DNA of 64,000 nucleotides from Octopus sinensis. Its lineage: Eukaryota. Within the stretch, counting starts at the first letter, position 1. Each line of letters begins with the position of its first letter. The notes under the pieces are model-generated. The model saw only the letters and a program-made list of their open reading frames with translations. It was not told the origin of the DNA and searched no databases. Below are positions 1-11,249 of the stretch, piece by piece. The stretch spans positions 172,794,001-172,858,000 of the forward strand of contig NC_042997.1 in the NCBI RefSeq assembly GCF_006345805.1. Reading direction: 5' to 3'. The position numbers and the translations under genes were made by a program.

Positions 1-379
1 TGAAGATTGTGTAATTGAAATTTGTTAGACATAAACTTGTATGGGAGACTGTCAAATGGACTGAATTTGTAATTCAAAGACCCTAATCTTGTCGCAAATG
101 TTGAGTTTATCAGAAGGTTATATTGAATGTACAAGTGTTTGTTGGGTATATGGTCACTTAACACTAAAAATCAATGAATGTGTAGTTCCAGTGTTTGAAC
201 AAGTGGAACCTTCATTTGTTGGGAATAATGTAAAATTTACTTACATAGTGTGAATTGGCCTCAATTGCAAATTATGGCTTTATAACAGATTCAAAACTGA
301 ATTCAGGTTAAACTCACTTCGTTAAAGCTACAGCCCCAACAAATCACATAACTACACCAACTAAAAAGTAGCTTTTTAA

Positions 380-398
380 TAATAATAATATAATAATA

Positions 399-433
<35 letters not shown>

Positions 434-448
434 TAATAATATATAATA

Positions 449-503
<55 letters not shown>
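380..503. repeat. (AAT)n microsatellite
   Basis: Long imperfect AAT run; similar runs at 1287-1424 and 2206-2248. Confidence 0.95.
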
Positions 504-505
<2 letters not shown>

Positions 506-507
<2 letters not shown>

Positions 508-1051
508 GCCCTGATGCAGTACTCTCATGGCTCCTGATCTTAACTGATTGGAAGTGTTATCATGTACATTGTTTTGTCTTGGTATAAAAGATGGGCCGCA
601 GCAAATATTCTGCCCAATACCACAAATTTGCTTGTCAGTTGTTTGATTTTAACCAGTTGAGCATGCCCCTTAGTGGCTGATGATATGTGCCACTCTGATC
701 ATGAGAAGAAGCAGTGGGGGAGCATCATAGCCGTGTGTTGAAAGGAATTCTTAGAGGTTTTGGATAATTCACCTTTGGAAACATAGGTGGTTTGTTCAAC
801 ATCCTTAAACAATCCTTATTCAGGGACCTTTTGAGTGGGATGGGCTACTCGACCAGAAGAAAATTCTAACTGGGGCCCACCTGCAAGGTCATGTGCTGTT
901 TATCTTGATATGAGATCACCATGTCGCGCACATATGGTTGTGATGCATGTGCCTAGTGTACCCTTATGAGAGAGGTAGTCATGATGGGTATACTGGGCTT
1001 TATATATTTTACCCCAGTGTCACTTTGTTGGCATGCGCTGCTCTCTCATTC
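506..1051 (+). mobile_element. ~550-bp interspersed element flanked by (TAA)n on both sides (copy 1)
   Basis: Starts ATGCCCTGATGCAGTAC and ends CTCTCTCATTC; homologous copies at 1426-1971 (+) and 22436-22991 (-), all embedded in TAA/ATT runs. Confidence 0.8.
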
Positions 1052-1065
1052 AATAATAATAATAA

Positions 1066-1286
1066 ACCTTTCTACTATAGGCACAAGGTTTGAAATACGT
1101 GGGAGGGGACTAGTTGACTATGTAGACTCCACTGTTTCGCTGGTACATAATTTATCGACTCTGAAAGGATGAAGGGCAAAGTTGACCTTGGCAGAATGTG
1201 AACTTAGAAGATCTTTAAGACGGATGAAAGGCTGTTAAGCATTTTGTCTGGTGTGCTAACAATTCTGCCAACTTGCAACCTTACAT
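1066..1286 (-). mobile_element. tRNA-derived SINE family C (degenerate)
   Basis: Motif gaaaggatgaaggcaaagttgacc..gaatgtgaact shared with 11250-11857, 15858-16088 and 16216-16428. Confidence 0.7.
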
Positions 1287-1321
1287 AATAATAATAATAA
1301 TAATAAATAATAATAATAATA

Positions 1322-1398
<77 letters not shown>

Positions 1399-1425
1399 TA
1401 ATAATAATAATAATAATAATAATAA

Positions 1426-1971
1426 ATGCCCTGATGCAGTACTCTCATGGCTCCTGATCTTAACTGATTGGAAGTGTTATCATGTACATTGTTTTGTCTT
1501 GGTATAAAAGATGGGCCGCAGCAAATATTCTGCCCAATACCACAAATTTGCTTGTCAGTTGTTTGATTTTAACCAGTTGAGCATGCCCCTTAGTGGCTGA
1601 TGATATGTGCCACTCTGATCATGAGAAGAAGCAGTGGGGGAGCATCATAGCCGTGTGTTGAAAGGAATTCTTAGAGGTTTTGGATAATTCACCTTTGGAA
1701 ACATAGGTGGTTTGTTCAACATCCTTAAACAATCCTTATTCAGGGACCTTTTGAGTGGGATGGGCTACTCGACCAGAAGAAAATTCTAACTGGGGCCCAC
1801 CTGCAAGGTCATGTGCTGTTTATCTTGATATGAGATCACCATGTCGCGCACATATGGTTGTGATGCATGTGCCTAGTGTACCCTTATGAGAGAGGTAGTC
1901 ATGATGGGTATACTGGGCTTTATATATTTTACCCCAGTGTCACTTTGTTGGCATGCGCTGCTCTCTCATTC
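1426..1971 (+). mobile_element. (TAA)n-flanked ~550-bp element (copy 2, part of tandem duplication)
   Basis: Essentially identical to 506-1051. Confidence 0.8.
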
Positions 1972-2203
1972 AATAATAATAATAAACCTTTCTACTATAG
2001 GCACAAGGTTTGAAATACGTGGGAGGGGACTAGTTGACTATGTAGACTCCACTGTTTCGCTGGTACATAATTTATCGACTCTGAAAGGATGAAGGCAAAG
2101 TTGACCTTGGCAGAATGTGAACTTAGAAGATCTTTAAGACGGATGAAAGGCTGTTAAGCATTTTGTCTGGTGTGCTAACAATTCTGCCAACTTGCAACCT
2201 TAC

Positions 2204-2236
<33 letters not shown>

Positions 2237-2245
2237 TAATAATAA

Positions 2246-2248
<3 letters not shown>

Positions 2249-2296
<48 letters not shown>
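2249..2296. repeat. (AAG)n microsatellite
   Basis: Direct reading; follows an AAT run. Confidence 0.95.
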
Positions 2297-2299
<3 letters not shown>

Positions 2300-4126
2300 T
2301 CCATTTTTTTATAGGCACACGACCTGAAGTTTTGGAGGAGTGGACTAGTTGATTACATTGACCCCAGAATTTCACTGGTACTTAATTTATCTGCCTTGAA
2401 AGGATGAAAGACAAATCTGGTTCTCTTCTCTACCATTAAGAGAGTTCCTACAAGCTATCTACAAAACCTTACCTCCTTTGTTATGTAATGATTAAAAGGC
2501 AAAAAAAAACAGGTTCCAATCTATATTTTCCCATATAGTTAGATAAAATACTTCCTTTAATTCTACCTCCGCCTTCACTGATTGTTCCATCATTTTCGTA
2601 TACTACTGTCTCAGTAACGTCTGTGGTTTTGTTGCTGCAACATCCCATCTTTAATTAGCTTGCTTATTAACTCTTTCATAACTTCTATAATTTGACTTTC
2701 TGCTGTCTGTGAGTAGACATTTCTTGATTCTATTCATATAATTTTTTGTAACAGTAATTCTCTACCCCTTTCTGAGTGCAAGTGATGTCTTGTAGATGCC
2801 AAAAGGAGATTACACTTCACTTCTCCTTGATAACATCCTCCACATTACATTTGCAATCTTGAATATTTTTGATGAATGAATTATTGGGACAAATAATTGT
2901 AGGTCTTTTAAAATACAACTTGAATGATGATCAAGGGGACTTAAAAATCCTTAATTCACTGACATTTTATCGTAATAACACTGTCAAAAACCAGGATACA
3001 TTCTGGAGAGCGACTGAATGTCTAAGGAAATGGTGAAGAATAAACCTGCAAACATGACAGTAACTGTAAAAGTAGCTGCTTCTAAACAGTTTTCTGTATT
3101 GGATAAAGAGGGAGCTAAGGATTTTAGTTAGGAATGGTGAAAGGAAAGTTTACAGGAAGTAAGTGTTATGAATAAGAAATAATTTAGCAGATGTATTCAT
3201 TAAGAACTAAAATCTAATTCCAATGTCACAACCATCGTTATCATTGATAGTTTCGTGCTGTGATTTCTACACTGGCCTAGGTTGAATGAGATTCCAGCTG
3301 TCCCTATCTATAGTTAATTCTTCTCTAAGGCCTAACAATCTTAGCTCTGAGAGGACATTAAAGTAAATGAAATTATAAGGTAACAGAAGGTTAGAGGTTT
3401 TGGAAACTTGTGTGCCATGAATAGGAACTAGTCTGATAATGTTGATGAATCAGTTTGGATCGGTGAGTAGGCAACAAGATTAGTGATGCAACAACGATAG
3501 TTTTAAGTCATCTTAATTTGACCAACAGCTAAGTAAATAAAGATCATTAACTACTAACAAAGATAAACCTGGTGGCTATAGCAAATTGGTAATCTAAACA
3601 GTTTTTATGTGGCTCCATGCAAGCAAATATGGCTAAAATAAGAAGACAATTCTGTTGGTAGAACATGAAGATTACACTAATCAATTGGATGTCTGAAGAG
3701 AAAACCTCCCAATACATTTTAGGCCACAGAACAAGTCAACTGCAAAGCATTGTGTGAATTTATGAATAAGAATGCTATTAATGAAATTAATCAAATAGTG
3801 TTGGAATCAATAATAGCTGACAGGCAGTGGTGGCAGAACAGTGGAAGCTGAGCATGTAATCTGACCCATAGCAGCAGCTGCCACTCCAGCCAGTCAATAT
3901 TACACACAACAACAGCATAGTCAAATCATCACTTAAATTAAGGAACCTCACTTCGGAATGTCTATTTATTGGGGAAGAAGCTTTCTTCCGTTTTACTTCT
4001 GCTATAACAACAGAGAATTTCTACAACTAATATTTACAACAAAAAAAAAAGTTGTTCTTGTTTTTTATTGCATTGGTAGTAATAATAATAATAATAATAA
4101 TAGTAATAATAATAATGTTGTCATGA

Positions 4127-5103
4127 TGATGAGAAGAAGAAGAAGAAGAAGAAGAAGAGGAGAGGAAGAAGAAGAAGAAGAAGAAGAAGAAGAGAAGAAG
4201 AGAAGAAGAGGAGGAGGAGGAAGAAGTGGGGGACGAAGCAGAAGAAGAAGAAGAAGAAGAAGAAGAAGAGAAAAGAAGAGGAGGAGGAGGATGAAGAAGA
4301 AGAGAAGGAGGAGGAGGATGAAGAAGAAGAGAAGGCGGGGGAGGAGGAGGAAGAAAAAGAAGAAGAAGAAGAAGAAGAAGAAGAAGAGAAGAAGAGGAGG
4401 AGGAGTAAGAAGTGGGGGACGAAGCAGAAGAAGAAGAAGAAGAAGAAGAAGAAAAGAAGAGGAGGAGGAGGATGAAGAAGAGAAGGAGGAGGAGGATGAA
4501 GAAGAAGAGAAGGCGGGGGAGGAGGAGGAAGAAAAAGAAGAAGAAGAAGAAGAAGAAGAAGAAAAGAAGAAGAAGAAGAAGAAGAGGAGGAGGAGGAGGA
4601 AGAAGAAGAGGAGGAGGAGGAGGAGGAGTAAGAAGTGGAGGACGAAGAAGAAGAAGAAGAAGAAGAAGAAGAAAAGAAGAAGAAGAAAAAGAAGAAAAGA
4701 AGAAGAAGAAGAAGAAGAAAAGAAGAGGAGGAGGAGGATGAAGAAGAAAAGAAGAAGAAGAAGAGGAGGAAGAAGAGGAGGAAGAAGAAGAGGAGGAGGA
4801 GGAGGAGTAAGAAGTGGAGGACGAAGAAGAAGAAGAAGAAGAAGAAAAGAAGAAGAAGAAGAAGAAGAAGAAGAAAAGAAGAAGAAGAAGAAGAGGAGGA
4901 GGAGGAGGAAGAAGAAGAAGAAGAGGAGGAAGAAGAAGAAGAGGAGGAGGAAGAAGAAGAAGAAGAAGAAGAAGAAGAATAGGAAGAAGAAGAGGAGGAC
5001 GAAGAAGAGGAGGACGAAGAAGAGGAGGACGAAGAAGAAGAAGAAGAAGAAGAAGAAGAAGAAGAAGAAGAAGAAGAAGAAGAAGAAGAAGAAGAAGAAG
5101 CCG
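4127..5103. repeat. ~1-kb polypurine (GAA/GAG)n compound tract with recurring AGAAGTGG(G/A)GGACG marker
   Basis: Almost pyrimidine-free plus strand; marker recurs near 4222, 4410, 4632 and 4811. Source of spurious K/R/E ORFs. Confidence 0.95.
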
Positions 5104-5321
5104 GAGAAATAGTTTATCTATGTGATGTTAATGATTTTAAGTTCCAGCATTAGGGAAGAAGTTTTTCAGCTGTGAAGGAAGAAGAATGCTAAGTTGTGGT
5201 ATTTATCTCTTTCTCAAGAGCATCAATGATGATGTAGTTCCAAAAGGGTTGCCAGCTTCAATTTGCCTTAAGTTTAATCCTGCATTATATTGTCTGCCAC
5301 AAACACACAACATTCTTAATG

Positions 5322-5366
<45 letters not shown>

Positions 5367-5412
5367 TAAATAATAACAACTGAGTTTTTTTTTTTTTTTT
5401 ACATAGGCTTAC

Positions 5413-5424
5413 ATCTTGAGCTTC
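5413..5424 (-). CDS. Candidate 12-nt microexon (unidentified host gene)
   Basis: Minus strand: ttaacattttctctctgatag|GAAGCTCAAGAT|gtaagc. Splice signals only, no homology recognised. Confidence 0.22.
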
Positions 5425-5549
5425 CTATCAGAGAGAAAATGTTAATTGTAGTGTTTATGGTGATAACATTGTTATTGCAATGAATGGTACACTTCCTATC
5501 TGCCCAGAAGTAAATTTGAGTTACTGGCTTTAATTCGTTGATAGCTTAC

Positions 5550-5619
5550 AGCTGCTCCACACCACATGATACAAGCAAAATAGCAGCCAAATCTCCCCTC
5601 AGATTGCACTCTCTGCTGC
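5550..5619 (-). CDS. Candidate 70-nt exon (unidentified host gene)
   Basis: Minus strand: catacttccattatttcag|...GCAGCT|gtaagc; two frames open. A plus-strand exon reading overlaps it, so ambiguous. Confidence 0.27.
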
Positions 5620-6056
5620 CTGAAATAATGGAAGTATGTATTGGATATTGTAAGTCTAATATATCCCCTTCATAAGAAGTGGGATTGTTAAACAGCTGGA
5701 ATGACTCTGATTGTTCAATCATAGTTGATCTGAGGCTAAGCAACATCACTAACAAGAAGAAGAAGAAGGACAGCAACAACAACAACAACAACAACTACTA
5801 CTACTACAACAACAACAACAACAACAACAACAGCTGCAGCAATAAACAGAAGTCTGTTTAGTGAATGCAAATTCAAAATAAATGGGGGGAAAAAATGTTA
5901 CAATATATTTGGCAATGAAAATGTGTGATAAATATATATGTTCTCCTGCAAGATTTGATTGACAGCATAGCACGTATTCCGTTAATTTTACCATTTTGTT
6001 GAATTGTGCAGAATATGCCCAGACTAGTTCCAATTAAAGGCATCATTAGCACATAC

Positions 6057-6075
6057 CTCAGAGCATTAGTCATTT
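6057..6075 (-). CDS. Candidate 19-nt microexon (unidentified host gene)
   Basis: ttttatatacatacag|AAATGACTAATGCTCTGAG|gtatgt; open only in phase 1 to 2 (EMTNALR). Confidence 0.25.
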
Positions 6076-6254
6076 CTGTATGTATATAAAAGTTGTAATA
6101 TATGTACAGTATGTTAGACACAACATGCACCATATCTGAAGCAGGGAAAAAACTGTTAGAACTTCTACTTGAACCATATGTGTGTAGCTTGTTAAGACTT
6201 CTGTGTTATGAGTTACACTACAGAATGTCTACTACTGCCTCTACTTAAATCAGA

Positions 6255-6466
6255 TACTTTTATTTGTTACCTTTTGTCTTTTGATCATGTCAGTCATTGG
6301 ACTGCAGCCATGCTGAGACACAGCTATGAAGGTTTTAGGGAAACAAATTGACCCCTATACATATTTTCTTAAAGCCTAGTTTGTATTCAGTTTCTTGTGC
6401 AAAACTGCTAGGTTATGGGGATGTAAAAGAACCAACACTAGTTATCAAGTGATGGCAGGGGACAAA
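6255..6466 (-). mobile_element. SINE family A, 3' half (split by RTE insertion)
   Basis: Degenerate match to the SINE-A 3' segment, ending ggggacaaaca. Confidence 0.65.
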
Positions 6467-6472
6467 CAAGGA

Positions 6473-7061
6473 CTCAATAGATCTCATCAAGCACAGTATG
6501 TCACCCGACGATTCAAAGGTACTTTTAAAATGGGCTGGTTATGTGACACTGGTATCAGCCATGACTGTGATCTCACTTTACTTGCCAGGTCTTCTCAATC
6601 ACAGCATATCTCCAGAGGTCTCAGTCACTCGTCATTGCCTTGGTGTGGCCCAATGTTCAAAGATTGTGCTTCACCACTTCATTCCATATCTTCCTGGGTT
6701 CCCCTCTTCCATGGGTTTCTCCTACTGTTAGGGAGTGATACTTCTTCATACAGCTGTCCTCATCCATATGCAACATATGACCATACCAGCACAGTCATCT
6801 CTCTTGCACACCACATCTGATGCTTCTTATGTCCAACATTTCTTTCAGGGTGCTTACACTCTGTTTTGAGTGCACACTGACATTACACATCCAGTGGATC
6901 ATTCTAGCTTCATTTCTTTCAAGCCTATGTATGTCCTCAACAGTCATGGCTCATGTTTCACTGCTGTGTAGCATGGCAGTTCACACACATGCATCATATA
7001 GTCTACCTTTCACTCTGAGTGAGAGGCCCTATGTCACCAGCAGAGTAGGAGGAGCTCTCTG
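6473..7061 (-). mobile_element. RTE-clade LINE ORF2 C-terminal region, inverted 5' segment
   Basis: Minus strand decodes (with stops) as GLSLRVKGRLYDACV.TAML.SSET.AMTVED; homologous to 25320-25830 and 60565-60980. Confidence 0.85.
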
Positions 7062-7566
7062 AAATCAAATTCGATGACAGCACCACATGACTGGCATCCG
7101 TGCTAGAGGAGCACTAAGAGCACCATCCGAGTGTGATCATTGCCAGGGCTGCTGACTGGCTCCCATACCAGTGGTATGTAAAATGCACCATTCGAAAGTG
7201 ATCGTTACCAGTGTCGCCTTACTGGCACTTGTGCCGGTGGAATGTGAAAAACAACATTCGAGCGAGGTTGTTGCCAGTGCCGCTGGACTGGCTCCTGTGC
7301 AGGTGGCACGCAAAAAACACCATTTGAGCATGGCCATTACTAGTACCGCCTGACTGGCCCTCATGCTGGTGGCACATAAAAGCACCCACTACACTCTCGG
7401 AGTGGTTGGCATTAAGAAGGGCTGTAGAAACTTTGCTAGATCAGATTGGAGCCTGGTGCAGCCATCTGGCTTGCCAGTCCTCAGTCAAACCGTCCAACCC
7501 ATGCCAGCATGGAAAGCAGACGTTAAACGATGATGATGAGGATGATGATGATGATGATGACGATGA
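7062..7566 (+). mobile_element. RTE-clade LINE 3' UTR with (GAT)n tail
   Basis: Matches 60990-61504; ends gacgttaaac(gat)n. Confidence 0.85.
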
Positions 7567-7573
7567 CAACAAG

Positions 7574-7700
7574 TTCCTTTCAGTTTCTGTCTACCAAATC
7601 CACTCACAAGGTTTTGGTCGGCCTGAGCCTATAGTAGAAGACACTTGCCCAAAGTGCCATGCAGTGGGACTTACTACACAGCCCCTCCTGTGCCTAGGTA
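7574..7700 (-). mobile_element. SINE family A, 5' half
   Basis: ctttcagtttctgtctaccaaatccactcacaagg...gtgggact, with an internal deletion. Confidence 0.8.
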
Positions 7701-7826
7701 ACAAAAGGTAAGGTAACTAAAGGGTTAAGAATTGTTACAATCTATACTACATTTAATTATTAAAACATAATATGCTGTAAGTTGGTATTTATCTATGAGT
7801 ATATTTCATGAGCAAATATATACACA

Positions 7827-8372
7827 CTAGCTGATCCCGTGCCATAAAAAATAACGGCTAATTGCAGTATTTTATATATAAATAAGGACAAAAGATAGAA
7901 TATGGATGGTAAATCAAATTAATACACTTTTCAATGTTATCTACTCATTGTCTTTTCAGATGTGACATTGATTCTTGTTTTTTACTGAAAGAACGCTGGT
8001 TCACATACTTCCCTTGTACATGCACGCACATATACTCACACAGAGTTGAAGCGCTGTTTGATTTGTCTTTTCAGCATTGAATGTTCACCATCCCACTTCC
8101 ATTGCACACACACAAACTTTCACATACCTCCCTTTTTACATACACACACATATACTCACACAGAGTTGAAACGCTGTTTTCCTTTTTTTTCACCGTAGAA
8201 CTTCCATCATCCCACAACCAAATTTGCCATGACTCCTTCCTTTCTTATTCATCTATCACCCCTTCTTTCCTTATTCACCTATCACCCCTTCCTTCCTTAT
8301 TCACCTATCACCCCTTCCTTTCTCATTTATACGTTGTGACAGAGAAAAACACAAGAGTATTATTATAGTAGA
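7827..8372 (-). mobile_element. Non-autonomous Helitron
   Basis: Minus strand begins A|TCTACTATAAT and ends GCCGT..ATGGCACGGGATCAG-CTAG|T: 5' TC, subterminal hairpin, CTAG end, AT target. Confidence 0.75.
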
Positions 8373-8699
8373 TTATTTATCTTTCCCTCCTTTTTTTTCC
8401 TCTGTATCATCTACCTGCTATGCTGTTGTCCTCAATTGAAAAAGACACCCATTTATTTTCTTCAATCAATTCTGCAACTAAGACTGCTGTTTACTTAATT
8501 AGGCACAGAATATCTGTAGCACAACAGGTGACAATTTGTAGTGTCACATTATATTCACTCTAAGAAATATAAATTAGTTTTGAGACATATTTTACAATTA
8601 GTAAACATATAGGATGTTTTGTCATTGGTGGTCAGTTATATTGGAGTGGATTGTGGAGGGAATCATATGGATAAATATTATAGCTTGGATATTGTGGTG

Positions 8700-9002
8700 A
8701 AACGGGCTCCTTCTCGAGCCATGCCTGGCTCATATGGGCCAGTTTCCCAGTTTCCTTGACATATAGGTTCCCCCCTGGACGGGACACCAGTCCATTGCAG
8801 GTGAGCTGCAAGATGCAGGAGGAAAGAGTGAGAGAAGTTGTGGCAAAAGAGTCAGCAGAAGTTTGGCATTACCTTCTGCCAGAGCTGTATGGAGCTTAGG
8901 TGTTTCGCTCATAAACACACACATCTCCCGGTCTGAGATTTGAACCCGTGATCCCTCGACTGCGAGTCCGCTGCTCTAACCACTAGGCCATGTGCCTCCA
9001 CA
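8700..9002 (-). mobile_element. tRNA-derived SINE family D
   Basis: Minus 5' end GTGGAGGCACATGGCCTAGTGGTTAG (A box) and GGGTTCAAATC (B box); homologs at 30663, 34884, 41700, 50775 and 55537. Confidence 0.85.
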
Positions 9003-9421
9003 TGTAATGGGCGATCTGAGGGCAGTGAAGGGAGACATTTGGGATAAGGTACTGGAAGTGAGGGAAGAAGTGATGTCATGTAATGAATTTGACTTTCTTG
9101 GATGAGAAACCAAGGTCAACAGATGTGTATAGGAAGTCCTGGTGTAACTGTAGATTCTGGCCAGGATGTTTGGGTTAGTGAGAGTGTATGGGGTTGCACA
9201 GAAAGTTCCAGTTGGAGTGTTAAGCAATTTTCCCTTTTTGAAGTTTATTTTGTTAGCTCAAGGAAAGAGCCATTATTTTCCTATTCTTCATACTACAGAT
9301 AAGCAAGCTTCTGTCTTTTCTGAGGCCATGCTATACGAGAAAAGCTAATGGGTGGATCTGCTAAATAGTCATTTGATTTGCAAGAAATAGCAGTTATATC
9401 TCTCTCAAATCCAACTCAACT

Positions 9422-9677
9422 CTTTTGTTACCTAGGCACAGGAGGGGCTGTGTGGTAAGTCCCACTGCGTGGCACATTGGGCAAGTGTCTTCTACTATAG
9501 GCTCAGGCCGACCAAAGCCTTGTGAGTGGATTTGGTAGACAGAAACTGAAAGGAACTTGTTGTCATCATCATCATCATCATCATCATCATCCCCATCATC
9601 ATCCTCATCATCATCGTTTAACGTCTGCTTTCCATGCTGGCATGGGTTGGATGGTTTGACTGAGGACTGGCAAGCCA
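9422..9677 (-). repeat. Inverted copy of 7467-7707 (RTE tail/SINE-A chimera)
   Basis: Same junction, same GAG interruption in the GAT tail, same SINE deletion, and unique flank ggtaacaaaag. Confidence 0.9.
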
Positions 9678-9911
9678 CATTGAAATAATATGATCTTAGT
9701 AATCAATTAAAAATAATAGAAGTAGTAATGGCCAAAATACCCTTGAACTTAGGTCTGCATATTCAATGCTAAATTGAAGCTAAACAAAAACTGCAATAGC
9801 AGTAACTGTTTAGAACATGTGCTGTTTATGTGGTCAATTTGGATTGTTTTGTATGGTTGAATATTGCATTAGAGTAGTGAAGGGGACCCAATTAATGCAT
9901 AACTGTCCTAC

Positions 9912-9943
9912 CGACTTCTTTGGGTTCCAGTGGAGCCAGTTTG
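9912..9943 (-). CDS. Candidate 32-nt exon (unidentified host gene)
   Basis: ttctctgtacttaatag|CAAACTGG...GAAGTCG|gtagga; the KLAPLEPKEV frame joins in phase to 6057-6075. Confidence 0.22.
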
Positions 9944-10325
9944 CTATTAAGTACAGAGAATTCAGAATTAATGTGACTAGCTATTAAATGTTATGGTTCT
10001 TTTATTGCGCAAGCAAGTATTTGGTTTCATTTGTCAAATTAGGACGGAAATGATAAAATAATGTGAAAATGTTGTTCTCGTGTGCTGTTAACATGTTCAG
10101 ATTTTTGTAGCTAGTCACACATATAGTCTCTGGGTGTGTGTTGAGTTTTACAGGCTGAAAATAACACTAGATCCTTTTTCATGATGTTTCATATACTTAA
10201 TGTATTAAGTAAAATCTTTGCAAACCACATATTGATCACTGTACATATTTCAGTTTGGTCCTTATTTTATTAATCTCAGTTTGTTGAATAGCTATTTACC
10301 TTTCTCTTTATTGAATAGCTTATTT

Positions 10326-11158
10326 CAGGGGTTCTCAACCATTTTTTACTTACCGTAAATCCTCGAGTATATTCCCCCTTGAGTATAATACGCAGGGGAT
10401 TTTTAGGGGGCTGTACCTCTGAAAAACCTAAACCTTGTGAATAATACGCACCCCTTCTCTAACTTGTATCAAGGAGGTCTATATAACGTCCTTGGTTTGT
10501 AAAAATGTATGCGGTAACGTACTTTATTATTATTGTATATATAACATAATGCAAACATGTAGCTTTTTTGTGCAATTTGTTTGCAGAAAATAAAGAAATA
10601 ACAGTAATAACGTTTAATAAATGTTGCTTACTGCAAGTTATGGATGGTTCTTTTATGACTTCATTGCTTTCAGGCTTAGTTTAAGGTATTTTCGCGCCCG
10701 ACATCACAAAATGTGTCTGAATAAACATTGCCGGACAGCAAATAGAGACTTGGACATTGCTTAGAAAATAATTTTCATTTTTAACCTCGTATATAGTATG
10801 CACTAAGGGATTTTGACCATTAAATTTTGGGGAAAAAATGCGGATTATACTCGAGGATTTACAGTATTTGATTACTATTTTATTTTGGTGGACCCCATAA
10901 CTCCTCAATGGTTAAAAACTAGTTTTATAGATAACTTCTTTCAAAATTTCTATTTCATTTTTCACACATTAACTTGCGTAGAGAAAGAAACCTAGCTGTT
11001 ACTTGCAATACATGCCAATACATACATCTAAAGCAAAATTTTTTCAGGGGCCCTTAAAATACTAATGTGGATCCCTAATTTACTATTTTGTCGCATGGAC
11101 CCCCAAAGATCTTACATGGACTCTCAGAGACCATATGGACCCTGGTTGAGAAGTACTG
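10326..11158. mobile_element. hAT (Charlie-like) MITE with 8-bp TSD
   Basis: Termini CAGGGGTTCTCAACC ... GGTTGAGAAGTACTG; identical TSD gcttattt at 10318-10325 and 11159-11166. Confidence 0.9.
10353..10864. mobile_element. Tc1/mariner-superfamily MITE nested in the hAT MITE
   Basis: TIRs CCGTAAATCCTCGAGTATA / TATACTCGAGGATTTACAG flanked by TA on both sides. Confidence 0.9.
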
Positions 11159-11249
11159 GCTTATTTGAAACACTGCTTTATAATGGCAAACACACACACA
11201 CACACACATACACACACATATATATGTGATGTGCTTATGTGCAGTTTCT

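Larger units (their letters stand above)
380..2206 (+). repeat. Near-identical tandem duplication, period ~920 bp
   Basis: 506-1286 is repeated almost base for base at 1426-2206, and the same 68-aa ORF appears at 966 and 1886. Confidence 0.95.

Noticed and set aside
966-2092. Duplicated 68-aa ORF MREVVMMG...
   Set aside because: It spans the junction of two repeats inside the tandem duplication; the homolog at 22436 does not support a conserved ORF.
2479-2649. Minus-strand short ORF starting MGCCSNK (myristoylation/palmitoylation-like)
   Set aside because: Short ORF, weak donor, no downstream exon or homology recognised; may be chance or decayed retroelement.
3958-5125. 384-aa and overlapping K/R/E/G-rich ORFs
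   Set aside because: They are translations of a GAA/GAG tract that lacks stop codons in several frames; no non-repetitive domain.
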